From Rhodothermales bacterium (GTDB taxonomy: Bacteria > Bacteroidota > Rhodothermia > Rhodothermales > UBA10348), in contig JAQWHM010000011.1 in assembly GCA_029249345.1 (NCBI GenBank), forward strand, positions 111,673 to 175,672: a stretch of DNA of 64,000 nt, read 5' to 3'. Of the stretch, positions 38,432 through 48,827 are shown piece after piece. Position numbers and translations under genes: made by a program. Within the stretch, counting starts at the first letter, position 1. Every line of letters starts with the position of its first letter. The notes below the pieces were generated by a model. The model ran no database searches. It was not told the origin of the DNA and saw nothing but the letters and a program-made list of their open reading frames with translations.

Positions 38432-39852
38432 TTCTGGCCCTCCAACCGCTTCATCACTTCCCGGTTGAGTCGCCAGATATCGCCGGCACCCATCGTTAAA
38501 ATGACATCTCCACTTCGTGCACCGGCGATGAGTCGTTCAACAAGCCGGTTCTTGTCCTCTTCAAAGAACATCGTTGGGTGGCCAGATCGATTAACGATAT
38601 TCATACCCGAAACGCCTGATATGGGCTCCTCCCTTGCTGGATAAACTCCCATGATGTAAACCACGTCTGCATCCCCAAATGAACTAGCAAAGTCGTCACA
38701 CAGATCTCTCGTTCTCGAATACAGATGGGGTTGAAATATAGCCACAATTCTGCGTTTTGGCCAACATCCTTTAGCTCCATCAAGTGTCGCCCTAACCTCG
38801 GTCGGATGATGTGCGTAATCGTCTACGACTAACACTCCGTTGGCTTCTCCGATCTCGTGCATCCGGCGCTGCACACCCGTAAAACCAGCTATTCCACGAA
38901 CGATGTCATCAAAGGACATATCCAGTTCAAGCCCAATGGTAATGGCGGCCAATGCATTCTGCACGTTGTGATTGCCCGGTGCATCGAGTTGAACCCGACC
39001 CAGATGTTGATTCTCATGCAGCACATCGAAGTGCATGATTCTTCCTTGCTGAACGATATTCACAGCCCGAATACGCGCCGACGACTCTAATCCGTAGGTG
39101 ATCACATTTCGATCGATAGCTCCCAGAATGCTTCGGACGTTTTTATCATCGCTGCAACAGATTACCGAACCAAAGAAGGGCACACTACGCGCATACTGTA
39201 TAAAAGCCTGCTTGATGTCCTCTAAGTCTGAATAGCAGTCTAAATGGTCTGCCTCAATATTGGTGATGATCGCCAGAGAAGGCGTCAATCGAAGGAAGGT
39301 TCGATCATACTCATCGGCTTCCACCACAATGATATCTCCTTCACCCGAAACCGCATTTGAACCAAATGCAGACACTTTTCCGCCAACCACAACCGTCGGA
39401 TCAAATCCGCCCGCACCCACGACGTGTCCAGCCATAGTCGTGGTTGTAGTTTTGCCATGCGTTCCGGCAATTCCTATACCGTACTTCATGCGCATCAGTT
39501 CACCCAACATTTCAGATCGGCGAATAACCGGGATCGCATTTTCACGGGCAAACAGCGTCTCGGCGTTCGTGCTTGGATCAACTGCGGAAGAGTGCACAAC
39601 CACACAAGCTCCTCGAGCAGACTTTCCTTCATGCCCCTGATCGATTATAGCTCCTAGGGTTTCTAAATGCTCGGTAACCTCGCTTCGAGACAGATCCGAA
39701 CCCGTCACCTTATAGCCTCGCGTCAGCAGCACTTCAGCAATAGAACTCATACCGATTCCGCCGATGCCTACCATATGTACGTGTCGGATCCTACCGAACA
39801 CGGGTTGACGCTTAGATGCAGATGGGGCGATATGTGGCATAGTGCTAAGCAA
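38428..39852 (-). CDS. murC: UDP-N-acetylmuramate--L-alanine ligase
   Basis: HMVGIGGIGMS, AGTHGKTTT, EADEYDR, DDYAHHPTE, FQPHLYSRT. Confidence 0.98.
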   Translation of the reverse strand: MLSTMPHIAPSASKRQPVFGRIRHVHMVGIGGIGMSSIAEVLLTRGYKVTGSDLSRSEVTEHLETLGAIIDQGHEGKSARGACVVVHSSAVDPSTNAETLFARENAIPVIRRSEMLGELMRMKYGIGIAGTHGKTTTTTMAGHVVGAGGFDPTVVVGGKVSAFGSNAVSGEGDIIVVEADEYDRTFLRLTPSLAIITNIEADHLDCYSDLEDIKQAFIQYARSVPFFGSVICCSDDKNVRSILGAIDRNVITYGLESSARIRAVNIVQQGRIMHFDVLHENQHLGRVQLDAPGNHNVQNALAAITIGLELDMSFDDIVRGIAGFTGVQRRMHEIGEANGVLVVDDYAHHPTEVRATLDGAKGCWPKRRIVAIFQPHLYSRTRDLCDDFASSFGDADVVYIMGVYPAREEPISGVSGMNIVNRSGHPTMFFEEDKNRLVERLIAGARSGDVILTMGAGDIWRLNREVMKRLEGQN

Positions 39853-40987
39853 TTCCTTGGCGTTGCCTCATTTCGGCCAAATTCAAGGTGTCTTCTGCAA
39901 TCTCATCCGCCGCATTTGGACGAGCCAACCTACTGGCAGCTCGAGACATTCTTTCAATTCGCTTCGGATCGTCCAGCAGGCTTTTTACCCGTTGGACAAG
40001 GTCAGCCCGTAATGCTGATTCAGGTAACACCTGACTGGCATCTTGCTTTTCCATACTCCGAGCATTTTTGGTCTGATGATCTTCGGCCACATTGGGTGAA
40101 GGCACAAGTATGGAGGGCGTCCCCGTAATCATGAGCTCAGAACAAGTTGATGCACCAGATCGACACAATGCGAGATCAGTGGCCGCGTAGGCCAAGTCCA
40201 TGCGGTCAATGTACTTGAGCATTTTCAATCGCCGATGTGTTGGAATCGCTTGTTGAAATCGCTCGAAGTAGCGCGTGCCGGTCTGCCAAATAATGCCCAA
40301 TCCATCTATAGAAAGCAATTTGTTCAGGGCCTCTGCCATGGCTTCATTAAGCGCTTGGCTACCCATCGAACCACCAAAGACAAAGAGCACGTGATCCACC
40401 CCTTCCATCTCATAAAAAGCGCGGCCTTCATCGGGGTCAGCATCTGCCAGATTAGACCGAACAGGGTTGCCACTCAAACTCACCCGAGCCTTAGATTTTG
40501 ATGGCGTTGCTTCGTCAAATGCTAGATGAATGCTCGATGCAAATTTGGAAGCAACCCGATTGGTCAGGCCCATAAAAGCATTTTGCTCCTGAATCAGAAT
40601 GGGTCGCACGAGATATCGAGCGGCAAGAAGAACTGGGAGGGCCACATATCCACCAGTACCAACCACTACGTCGGCATCAAACTGCTGAATGAGACTCACT
40701 GATTCGCGAAGTCCCTTGATCACTTTGAACGGCATGACCAAATTCTGCGCCGTCAATTTGCGCTGTAGCCCCTGCACCGTAATCGGGTGAATCGGGTAGC
40801 CTGCACCCGGCACAGCCTTCCATTCAATTTTATCAGGCGATCCGGCAAAAGAAACAACAGCATCTGCGCGCTTCTTCATGATTGCGTCTGCGATTGAAAT
40901 GGCTGGATACACGTGCCCTCCCGTGCCTCCACCCGTAATCAGAACGCGTGGCGCCCTTCGACTTGATATGATTGCAGAACTACTCAA
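39845..40987 (-). CDS. murG: Lipid II GlcNAc transferase MurG
   Basis: GGGTGGHVYP, GTGGYV, QEQN, GNPVR, HQTKNA. Confidence 0.98.
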   Translation of the reverse strand: MSSSAIISSRRAPRVLITGGGTGGHVYPAISIADAIMKKRADAVVSFAGSPDKIEWKAVPGAGYPIHPITVQGLQRKLTAQNLVMPFKVIKGLRESVSLIQQFDADVVVGTGGYVALPVLLAARYLVRPILIQEQNAFMGLTNRVASKFASSIHLAFDEATPSKSKARVSLSGNPVRSNLADADPDEGRAFYEMEGVDHVLFVFGGSMGSQALNEAMAEALNKLLSIDGLGIIWQTGTRYFERFQQAIPTHRRLKMLKYIDRMDLAYAATDLALCRSGASTCSELMITGTPSILVPSPNVAEDHQTKNARSMEKQDASQVLPESALRADLVQRVKSLLDDPKRIERMSRAASRLARPNAADEIAEDTLNLAEMRQRQGIA

Positions 40988-42119
40988 CTTGCCTTGAAAT
41001 ATTCAAAAGAATCCCAATGAGGGCTCCATTAGCCAACATGGACGTTCCCCCGTAAGACACGAAGGGGAGAGGTAATCCCGTTACGGGTAACAGGTTTGAA
41101 GACACCCCAGCGTGCACAAATCCATAAAGCGTCAACATCACGACCACACCCACGGCCAAAAACAAACCCAGTGGATCCGGCGCGTGTCGCGCAATTCTCA
41201 GTAACCCTCGAAACAGGATCAACAAATAGAGCCCTAGCAGGGAAAACGCTCCAATCAAACCGTATTCCTCGGCGATAATTGCGTAGATAAAATCGTTGTA
41301 AGGCGCAGGAAGGAAATTGCGTTGAATGCTTTTCCCAGGCCCAGTCCCAGCCAATCCGCCATTGGCAATTGCAATGCGGGCTTGCATAGCCTGCCACCCC
41401 TCGGCCTGATTGCTGAATACCTCCTCTGAATTGGTATTCGGGAAGAGCTTGACCCCTACATAGGATTCGACTCGGGCAGCGCGGGCGGGAGAACCCAATA
41501 ACATCAGATAAGCCAAGAGGACACCTACCGCCCCAACTGCAGATATGTGCAAGACACTGACCCTTGCAATGAAACACATCGTCATCACAGCTACCAAAAC
41601 CACCGAAGCCGTAGACAAATCAGATATTCCAATCGCGCCAATCGTTAATCCAATCCAGAAAATGATGGGTGTGAAACCCTTCGAAAAGGACTTGATGTAC
41701 ACCTGCTTCTCAGAAAGCAAGAAGGCGATGTACAACAAGAGTGCCACGCGAGCCATATCAGATGGCTGAAGTTGCAACGACCCTATTTCTAACCATCTTG
41801 CCGCTCCCCCAGAAACAACCCCCACGAGTTGGGTAGCTATCAGGAGTCCTATGGCGAAGATCAGCACATACTTACTTAACCGGGCTAGAAGGCGGTAGTT
41901 AATAATCGAAAACAGGCCTACTGCTCCCAACGATAGAAGCACTCGAAATACATGCTTAAACAGGAACTGCTCAGTATTTCCGCCAGCTTTTGTCGCCGCA
42001 AAAAAAGCGATTGCGCTATAGACCGCAACCACTCCAATTGCACTTAGCAATAGGACGGCCCAGAGGATAAATTTATCCACTCGACCCGACCCTTCACTAT
42101 GTAACGTCAAAATCTGCAT
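40980..42119 (-). CDS. ftsW: SEDS peptidoglycan polymerase FtsW
   Basis: GAARWL, LQPSD, DFIYAIIAEEYG, LPVTGLPLPFVSYGG. Confidence 0.97.
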   Translation of the reverse strand: MQILTLHSEGSGRVDKFILWAVLLLSAIGVVAVYSAIAFFAATKAGGNTEQFLFKHVFRVLLSLGAVGLFSIINYRLLARLSKYVLIFAIGLLIATQLVGVVSGGAARWLEIGSLQLQPSDMARVALLLYIAFLLSEKQVYIKSFSKGFTPIIFWIGLTIGAIGISDLSTASVVLVAVMTMCFIARVSVLHISAVGAVGVLLAYLMLLGSPARAARVESYVGVKLFPNTNSEEVFSNQAEGWQAMQARIAIANGGLAGTGPGKSIQRNFLPAPYNDFIYAIIAEEYGLIGAFSLLGLYLLILFRGLLRIARHAPDPLGLFLAVGVVVMLTLYGFVHAGVSSNLLPVTGLPLPFVSYGGTSMLANGALIGILLNISRQVE

Positions 42120-42130
42120 CTACCTAGCCT

Positions 42131-43501
42131 TTACAGGTTGGAAACCAATTGCCTAAAAACGTCTCCTCGGTGCTCGTAGGAGTCAAACTGATCGAAAGAA
42201 GCACAAGCTGGACTCAGTAGCACGATGTCGCCTGGACGAGCAAGCAACTGTGCTAACTTTATAGCTTCCTCCAAGTCCTCTGCTCGCACGCTGTCGTCTA
42301 CATGATGACCGAGCTCTGTTTGTAGAGCTTGCGATGCCTCTCCGATGGTAATCATGGAGCGGACCCGATTTTGTACCAGAGGCTGAAGCGCGGCATAATC
42401 ATTGCCTTTATCCCTTCCGCCAGCTATCCAAATTATCGGTTCCTTAAAGCTTTCCAGTGCATACCAAACGGCATTCACATTGGTCGCTTTCGAGTCGTTA
42501 ACGTATCTCACGCCTTCCACCTCTCGGACGGGTTCAAGTCGATGAGGAACGCCTTCAAACGTTCTCAAACTTTCTCGAACTACGTCACTCCTGACCTCCA
42601 TCACCCGTGCTGCAACTGCTGCCGCCAGCGAATTGTACACGTTGTGACGGCCTCGTAAGGCCAGTTCATCCACATGCATAAGCGTTTCTTTTTTATTGTT
42701 GATGTTCAAAACAAGCTCTTCGTTTTCCAAAAAGCCTCCTTGATCCATCGGTTGTGAAATTGAAATCGGATAACCCTTTGGCCCCTGATTTTCGAGTCCT
42801 TTCGCAAATCTGGCCAATCTTTCGTCATCTGCATTATATACCAACACATCTGACTCGGACTGTTGGCGACACATTCTCAATTTGCTTTGTGCATAGAGAT
42901 TGATGTCCCCTTCATACCTGTCTAAGTGATCCGGCGTGATGTTCAAGAGAACCGCCACGTCGGGCCTAAATTCTTTCGTGTGATCCAGTTGAAAACTGGA
43001 AACTTCCAAAACCACCACGTCGCGCTCTAAAACATCAGATACGACGCCTGAAAAGGGAACGCCGACGTTCCCACAAACCCATGTCCTGCATCCGCTTTCG
43101 CGAAATATGTGACCTGTCAGCTCCGTTGTAGTTGTCTTTCCGTTTGAACCAGAAATAGCTAAAATCCGACCACGGCAAAACCAGCTGGCCAGTTCAATTT
43201 CTGAATACACGGGAAGCGCCTTGTGAAACGCCTCCTGCATAACGGGCGCTGAATCCGGTACCCCAGGACTAACCACAATAAAGTCTGCGTCATACACCTT
43301 TTCGGAGTGACCACAGTCCTCCCACCCTATACCCAGCGCATCTAAACGACTCTGCTTTGCGATATCGATTTTAACTGCGTCCGATACAAATACGGATGCA
43401 CCTGAACGGGAAAGCAGCTCTGCTGCTGCCATTCCACTTCTAGCAGCTCCCAGAACGGTCACCTTACGGTCGGCGATATGTGTGCGTGTCTGTTCGCTCA
43501 C
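42131..43501 (-). CDS. murD: UDP-N-acetylmuramoyl-L-alanine--D-glutamate ligase
   Basis: GSNGKTTT, EVSSFQL, PDHLDRY, NDSKATN, LSPACASFD. Confidence 0.98.
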   Translation of the reverse strand: MSEQTRTHIADRKVTVLGAARSGMAAAELLSRSGASVFVSDAVKIDIAKQSRLDALGIGWEDCGHSEKVYDADFIVVSPGVPDSAPVMQEAFHKALPVYSEIELASWFCRGRILAISGSNGKTTTTELTGHIFRESGCRTWVCGNVGVPFSGVVSDVLERDVVVLEVSSFQLDHTKEFRPDVAVLLNITPDHLDRYEGDINLYAQSKLRMCRQQSESDVLVYNADDERLARFAKGLENQGPKGYPISISQPMDQGGFLENEELVLNINNKKETLMHVDELALRGRHNVYNSLAAAVAARVMEVRSDVVRESLRTFEGVPHRLEPVREVEGVRYVNDSKATNVNAVWYALESFKEPIIWIAGGRDKGNDYAALQPLVQNRVRSMITIGEASQALQTELGHHVDDSVRAEDLEEAIKLAQLLARPGDIVLLSPACASFDQFDSYEHRGDVFRQLVSNL

Positions 43502-44655
43502 CGGATACGTAGGACGAGTAAAGTGACGATGACAGTAACCGCAGTAATTAGCCAGAATCGGAGCACGATTTTCGCTTCGTGCGTTCCGTTGGCTTCAAAA
43601 TGATGATGGATCGGGGCCATCTTGAATATTCGCTTACCCACACCCGTCTTTTTACGTGTGTACTTGAACCAACTCGTTTGCATGATGACTGAAATAGTCT
43701 CCAGGAAAAAGATGGCGCAGAGCAAGGGTAGGAGCAGTTCCTTTTTTACCATGAGAGCCATCGTTCCGACGGCTGCGCCCAGAGAAAGCGCTCCGGTATC
43801 TCCCATAAAGACCGATGCAGGGTATCCGTTATACCAGAGGAAGCCGAAACAGGAAGCAGCTAAAGAAGCCGAGAAAATGGTTAATTCACCGGCACCAGGA
43901 AGCAGCATCTCATTCAAAAAGTCGGCGAAAATCGCGTTACCTGCGATGTATGCAAGCGCAGTCAGCCCAAGTGCGACAATACCCGTAACACCTGCAGCCA
44001 GTCCATCGAGTCCGTCCGTTAGATTCACGGCGTTCGATAGCGCAGTCAGGATAAATACCACAACGGGGATATAGATCAGCCAGCCTAGGTCGATTCCGGT
44101 AACAAAGTGGCGAAGCACATTGTAGTCGAGCGTTTCATCTGCTACAAAAGGCAGGTAGGTTAACGTTCGGATATCACTGAATTGGGGGTGGAAGTACAGT
44201 ATCGATCCCACCAATAATCCCAGTGTGATTTGCCCCGTAAGTTTGATGCGTGCAGGAAGTCCTGATTTATCCCGCTTCACCACTTTGATATAGTCGTCTG
44301 CAAATCCAAAAGCTCCCATCCATGCCGTTGCCAGCATGATGAGCCAGACATACACTTCGCCAATGGCACCCCAGAGGAAGGTGGACACGAGAACCGAAAT
44401 CAGGATGATCAACCCACCCATACTGGGCGTGCCCGACTTGTGCGAGTGGTCCACGGCCCCGGCACTTTCTCCTTCTCGAACCCGCTCGCCTAGTTGCTTT
44501 TCTTCCAACCAGCGGATAATGCGACGCCCGATAAACAGTGAAATCAAGAGCGCGGTTATCGCGGCTAAAGAAGCCCGAACCGTGATGTATTCCACCACCT
44601 GAAACCCAGGTGGTTCGAACACTCGTTCTAGATATCGTATGAGGTAATAGAGCAT
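43498..44655 (-). CDS. mraY: Phospho-N-acetylmuramoyl-pentapeptide transferase
   Basis: KSGTPSMGG, DDYIK, NAVNLTDGLDGL, FMGDTG, MAPIHHHFE. Confidence 0.98.
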   Translation of the reverse strand: MLYYLIRYLERVFEPPGFQVVEYITVRASLAAITALLISLFIGRRIIRWLEEKQLGERVREGESAGAVDHSHKSGTPSMGGLIILISVLVSTFLWGAIGEVYVWLIMLATAWMGAFGFADDYIKVVKRDKSGLPARIKLTGQITLGLLVGSILYFHPQFSDIRTLTYLPFVADETLDYNVLRHFVTGIDLGWLIYIPVVVFILTALSNAVNLTDGLDGLAAGVTGIVALGLTALAYIAGNAIFADFLNEMLLPGAGELTIFSASLAASCFGFLWYNGYPASVFMGDTGALSLGAAVGTMALMVKKELLLPLLCAIFFLETISVIMQTSWFKYTRKKTGVGKRIFKMAPIHHHFEANGTHEAKIVLRFWLITAVTVIVTLLVLRIR

Positions 44656-44669
44656 ACTCGGTGATTAAT

Positions 44670-46172
44670 TCAGGCCCGTTGGCCTGTTTCGTGGGTTAGA
44701 TTTGAGTCCGCAAATGCACGCAATGCTTCCTCTCGGTCGTCAAATTTTAGTTTTTCGGTGCCAACCACCTGAGTCGTTTCGTGGCCTTTTCCAGCCAATA
44801 CCAACGTATCTCCTGCGCCCATTAGCTGGACCGTCTTTTCGATGGCCTCGCGTCTGTTGGGTATCCAAAGAGCAGTGTCCGGATTGTGCATGCCTCGTCG
44901 GATATCTTCCATAATGGTGTCAACCGGCTCGGTTCGGGGGTTGTCGTTCGTGACTACTACCTGATCCGCTAGGGACTCGGCAACTTGCCCCATTTGAGGC
45001 CGCTTTCCGCGATCTCGATCGCCGCCGCATCCAAATACACACCAAAGCCTCGTGCCTTCATCTACACTTTTACGAACCGTCCTCAGGACATTTTCTAATG
45101 CATCTGGGGTGTGGGCATAATCGATAATGAGCGTAGTCCCATCAGAGAGTAAAAGGCTCTCCATACGCCCCTTCACAAACGGCGTGTCGGCAAGACGATC
45201 CCGTACCTCATTCGCGTTAAACCCGAGCGCCAGACCAGCAGCGTATGCTGCACTCAGATTCGATGCGTTGAATTCACCCGCAAGTTGAAAGCGTTTTCGC
45301 GTCCCATCTAGATCTAGGACGAGTCCAGAAAGCGTATTTTCGACAATTGAATACCGAATATCCGCCGCTCCCGTTTGACCAAATGAGAGAATAGAAGCCT
45401 GCGAATCACTCGCCATGGAGTGACCTTTCGGGTCGTCCAGATTAACGACCCCAGTTGACGTGGTCGGTAGCTCGTCGAATAATCGTTTTTTCGACTGGAA
45501 ATACGACTCAAAAGTGCCGTGATAATCGAGATGGTCTCGGGTCAGATTCGTGAAAACAGCTACGTTTACATCTTCCGTCCTGAATCGAATCTGATCGAGT
45601 GCATGCGAAGAAGCCTCCATAGCACAGGACCGGCAACCAGCGGTGTACATCTGATTCAGCAACTCGTAAACACGAATGGCCGAAGGCGTTGTATGAGATG
45701 CCTCATAGCTAGTGGATCCAAATCGATACCCGGTGGTGCCGATAAATCCTGCAGGAACGTTCGATTGCTCCAGAATGGAGGCTACAAGTGTGGCAACCGT
45801 CGTTTTTCCGTTGGTCCCCGTTACCGCGACGAGTTTTAATTTCTGCCCAGGGTCCTCGTTCAAAAGAGAAGCCAGTTCAGCTAATGCCCGATGCGAATTC
45901 GTCACCTGAGCGTGGGCGGGGCCGCCTGGCAATCCAAGATTGCCATAGGGCGGCCCCGCCTCGCTCACGATGGCGTTAGCTCCGTTTTTAACAGCCTTGT
46001 CAATGAACAAGTGACCGTCTGCCCGTGAACCCCTAAGGGCTACGAAACAGTCAGACGATCCGACCTCCCGGCTATCAATAGCCAGTCGTTCGATAGTCTG
46101 TCCGGACGGATTTTGACCTTCGATCAAAATCTCCTTTTGCAGCAATCGCTGTATACACAAATCGAAATACAC
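44670..46172 (-). CDS. murE: UDP-MurNAc-tripeptide ligase (meso-DAP type)
   Basis: VTGTNGKTT, MEASSH, DHLDYH, DYAHTPD, DNPR (mDAP specificity motif), AGKGHE. Confidence 0.98.
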   Translation of the reverse strand: MYFDLCIQRLLQKEILIEGQNPSGQTIERLAIDSREVGSSDCFVALRGSRADGHLFIDKAVKNGANAIVSEAGPPYGNLGLPGGPAHAQVTNSHRALAELASLLNEDPGQKLKLVAVTGTNGKTTVATLVASILEQSNVPAGFIGTTGYRFGSTSYEASHTTPSAIRVYELLNQMYTAGCRSCAMEASSHALDQIRFRTEDVNVAVFTNLTRDHLDYHGTFESYFQSKKRLFDELPTTSTGVVNLDDPKGHSMASDSQASILSFGQTGAADIRYSIVENTLSGLVLDLDGTRKRFQLAGEFNASNLSAAYAAGLALGFNANEVRDRLADTPFVKGRMESLLLSDGTTLIIDYAHTPDALENVLRTVRKSVDEGTRLWCVFGCGGDRDRGKRPQMGQVAESLADQVVVTNDNPRTEPVDTIMEDIRRGMHNPDTALWIPNRREAIEKTVQLMGAGDTLVLAGKGHETTQVVGTEKLKFDDREEALRAFADSNLTHETGQRA

Positions 46173-46210
46173 TTCGATCGGTCCTGTCCGTTTTAAACAT
46201 CATGTGATTG

Positions 46211-48289
46211 TCAGTTCAGCGAAATCGACGCCATAGATGGCATCGGACTTCCTGGGTCTGGCGACTGTCGCCAGACCACACCGTGTCCCTCGATCGAGAC
46301 ATTAATTCCAAGGTGGCGAAGCCAGGTATAGGCATCGCGAAGCGAGAGGCCCGTTACATCGGGCATCACGGAAATCGAATCAATGCGGGCATCCAGCTCT
46401 ATGAATCGACCCGGCCACGCTTCTTCACCTACCGGCACATTTTGGTTGGTAACCAGCGCCGAATAATTTGTTTTAGAGCCCTCTTTTAGGCCGTGTGCGC
46501 GGGCTATCCTAGCCGCCAACGCACTGGGCTTTCCTTCTAACACTGGAACAGATGCCACTAAATTTTCTGCCTTCATCGAGTCCGGTGCCAAGTAGTGGGC
46601 TACCTCTGGCATCGTAGCCAGCCAACGCTCAGTAGTATTCCTGAATACCGGTGCAGCCACCATTCCGCCATATATACTTGTTTGAGGGTCGTCTATTACG
46701 ACCAAAAGCACTACTTGTGGATTTTCAACTGGATAGAAACCCACAAATGTCGCCTTGTAAGCACCTTGAATGTATCCGTACCCGTTTTCTCGGGCTTTCA
46801 TGGCCGTACCCGTTTTACCGGCAATACGCAATCCCTTTACGGCCGCGCGTGGAGCCGTTCCGTCTAGCCCGGTAACCGATTCGAAAGCTGGAGTCAACTT
46901 TTGCGCTGTATCCTCATCAAACACTCTTCGTACGGTGTGCGGCTCGGCCTCCCATGTAGTGTTTCCATCTGCATCTAAGTGCCTCTCAACGATAAACGGC
47001 CGCTTGAGCTCACCACCATTGGCCAACGCGGCATAGGCAAGCGCCATTTGGAGCGGGGTAGCAACAATGGCGTATCCACGACTAATAGCAGACCGAGTAG
47101 ATCTATTCCAGTCAGGTATTTTTCTGACCACGGTTGTCGCTTCGCCCGGAAGCTCGATACGCGTCTTCTGGTTGAACCCAAAAGCACGGGCGTACTTGTA
47201 CAACTCTCCCTTGTCGGTATTATCAGAAACGAGCGCCGTTCCGATGTTACTCGAAAGTTTAATGGCGTCGTGATAGGTAATCGTGCCATTAGCGTGCGTA
47301 TCCCGAAGATCCCAGCCCTCATGCTTTAAATACCCGCTTCCCGTTTCAATGGAGTCCTGCATTGAAATCACACCCGACTCGACCGCAGCAACTGCAGGTA
47401 GCACCTTCATCGTCGAGCCTGGCTCAAATCGGTCCGTAATTACGTGGTTACGTTTGCCATGCATACTCGAACCCGGCATATTGGGATCAAACGTTGGGTA
47501 ATTGGCCATGGCCAGAATGGCGCCCGTGTTCACATCCAACGCAACAGCTGCGCCCCAATTGGCCTCGGCCTCGATGGTGCCTTTACGTAACTCTTCTTCC
47601 AGAATGGCCTGCTGAGCAACATCTACAGTGAGTACGAGCGAAGTACCATGCTGTGGATCTTTTAATACACCGCCTGGAATGGGGGTAGAACTGCCACGAG
47701 CCGTCTTTCTCTTAATGCGCTGACCCGGCGAACCGGCCAAAAGCGCTTCGAACTCACCTTCTAAGCCTGCGATGCCCCCGTATTGGTTCGCAAACCCGAT
47801 GAAATGGGCTCCATTACTTCCGTAAGTGTACTGGCGCTTAGTTGTTCTATCCAACACGGCAAACGGCATTGCTTTGAAAAACGCGATGTCATCCCCGGAC
47901 ATAATGACGTTTTTGGCTAAAGACACGTATCTCGATTCAGGACGGGCAGCAACTTTTCTGCGTAATACCGACGCTTGAGTTTTGGTAAGCTCGGAAACAC
48001 GTTCAAAAAAGCGATCAGCCCCTTTCCGGTATCCGTATGCCGATGGGTCTACTGCTATTTGGTAGCGCTCAATATTATCCGCCATGGGACGCCCTTTGGC
48101 ATCCATGATGATTCCACGAGCGGGAGGAATGGGCTCGTACTCCGTGGACTGCTCTTCGACCGTTTTTCTCAACTCACCTCCTTCTAGGACCGTAATCCGA
48201 AGTACCTGAAAGCCCACAAGAATCGGGACGAGACTCACCAAGGTGATCACGACGTACATCCGGGCCATTATTTGGTCTTTCGGTTGCAT
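46211..48289 (-). CDS. ftsI: Class B penicillin-binding protein FtsI with C-terminal PASTA domain
   Basis: EPGSTMK (SxxK), SSN, GKTGT; MPDVTGLSLRDA PASTA. Confidence 0.96.
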   Translation of the reverse strand: MQPKDQIMARMYVVITLVSLVPILVGFQVLRITVLEGGELRKTVEEQSTEYEPIPPARGIIMDAKGRPMADNIERYQIAVDPSAYGYRKGADRFFERVSELTKTQASVLRRKVAARPESRYVSLAKNVIMSGDDIAFFKAMPFAVLDRTTKRQYTYGSNGAHFIGFANQYGGIAGLEGEFEALLAGSPGQRIKRKTARGSSTPIPGGVLKDPQHGTSLVLTVDVAQQAILEEELRKGTIEAEANWGAAVALDVNTGAILAMANYPTFDPNMPGSSMHGKRNHVITDRFEPGSTMKVLPAVAAVESGVISMQDSIETGSGYLKHEGWDLRDTHANGTITYHDAIKLSSNIGTALVSDNTDKGELYKYARAFGFNQKTRIELPGEATTVVRKIPDWNRSTRSAISRGYAIVATPLQMALAYAALANGGELKRPFIVERHLDADGNTTWEAEPHTVRRVFDEDTAQKLTPAFESVTGLDGTAPRAAVKGLRIAGKTGTAMKARENGYGYIQGAYKATFVGFYPVENPQVVLLVVIDDPQTSIYGGMVAAPVFRNTTERWLATMPEVAHYLAPDSMKAENLVASVPVLEGKPSALAARIARAHGLKEGSKTNYSALVTNQNVPVGEEAWPGRFIELDARIDSISVMPDVTGLSLRDAYTWLRHLGINVSIEGHGVVWRQSPDPGSPMPSMASISLN

Positions 48290-48291
48290 GG

Positions 48292-48822
48292 TCAGCGTAA
48301 GATGATCTGATTTCCCTCAGGCACTCGGTCCTCAAGTCCTAGAGCGCGAGCCCGCTCCACGATTTCCGCATAGCCTACAATCTCTGCCTCTTCTCCCTGA
48401 ACCTGGTTCAGTTGAAGCTCCAAATTTTCATTTTCACGACGCAGGTCTTGAACGTCTTTTAATAAATCTTGTGTAGTCAACACATGACCGATGTACAAGG
48501 TGAACAGGGTGGCTACGGATAGCACTCCGACAGCGAAGCGCGTCGTAGATAAAGCCCCCAGATACGATTCATTTTCCTGCTGCAACGACTTCTTCCTGTC
48601 GTTATCCGTTACCAGATCTTTCCAAGAAGGAGATTCAGCAATTCGTTTTGCAGGAGCCCCCTTTTTCTTGGCAGACGCTCGGGGCTTCACTACCGTGCGC
48701 GAAGGAGCACTTTTCGTCATTTTCTTGGGCGTACGTGTCTTGCGCGTAGCTCCTCCCTTGACGAAACTAACGCCTTTCTTGCGGGACGAACCGCGTGATC
48801 CTTTAGATCCTTTTGAAGCCAT
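48292..48822 (-). CDS. ftsL: FtsL-like cell division protein with long basic N-terminus
   Basis: Single TM plus leucine-zipper-like coiled coil, ERARALGL; between rsmH and ftsI. Confidence 0.8.
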   Translation of the reverse strand: MASKGSKGSRGSSRKKGVSFVKGGATRKTRTPKKMTKSAPSRTVVKPRASAKKKGAPAKRIAESPSWKDLVTDNDRKKSLQQENESYLGALSTTRFAVGVLSVATLFTLYIGHVLTTQDLLKDVQDLRRENENLELQLNQVQGEEAEIVGYAEIVERARALGLEDRVPEGNQIILR

Positions 48823-48827
48823 CTCCT

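Noticed and set aside
43498-46172. Absence of murF, murB and ddl from the dcw cluster
   Set aside because: Ordinary for this lineage; these genes are commonly located elsewhere.
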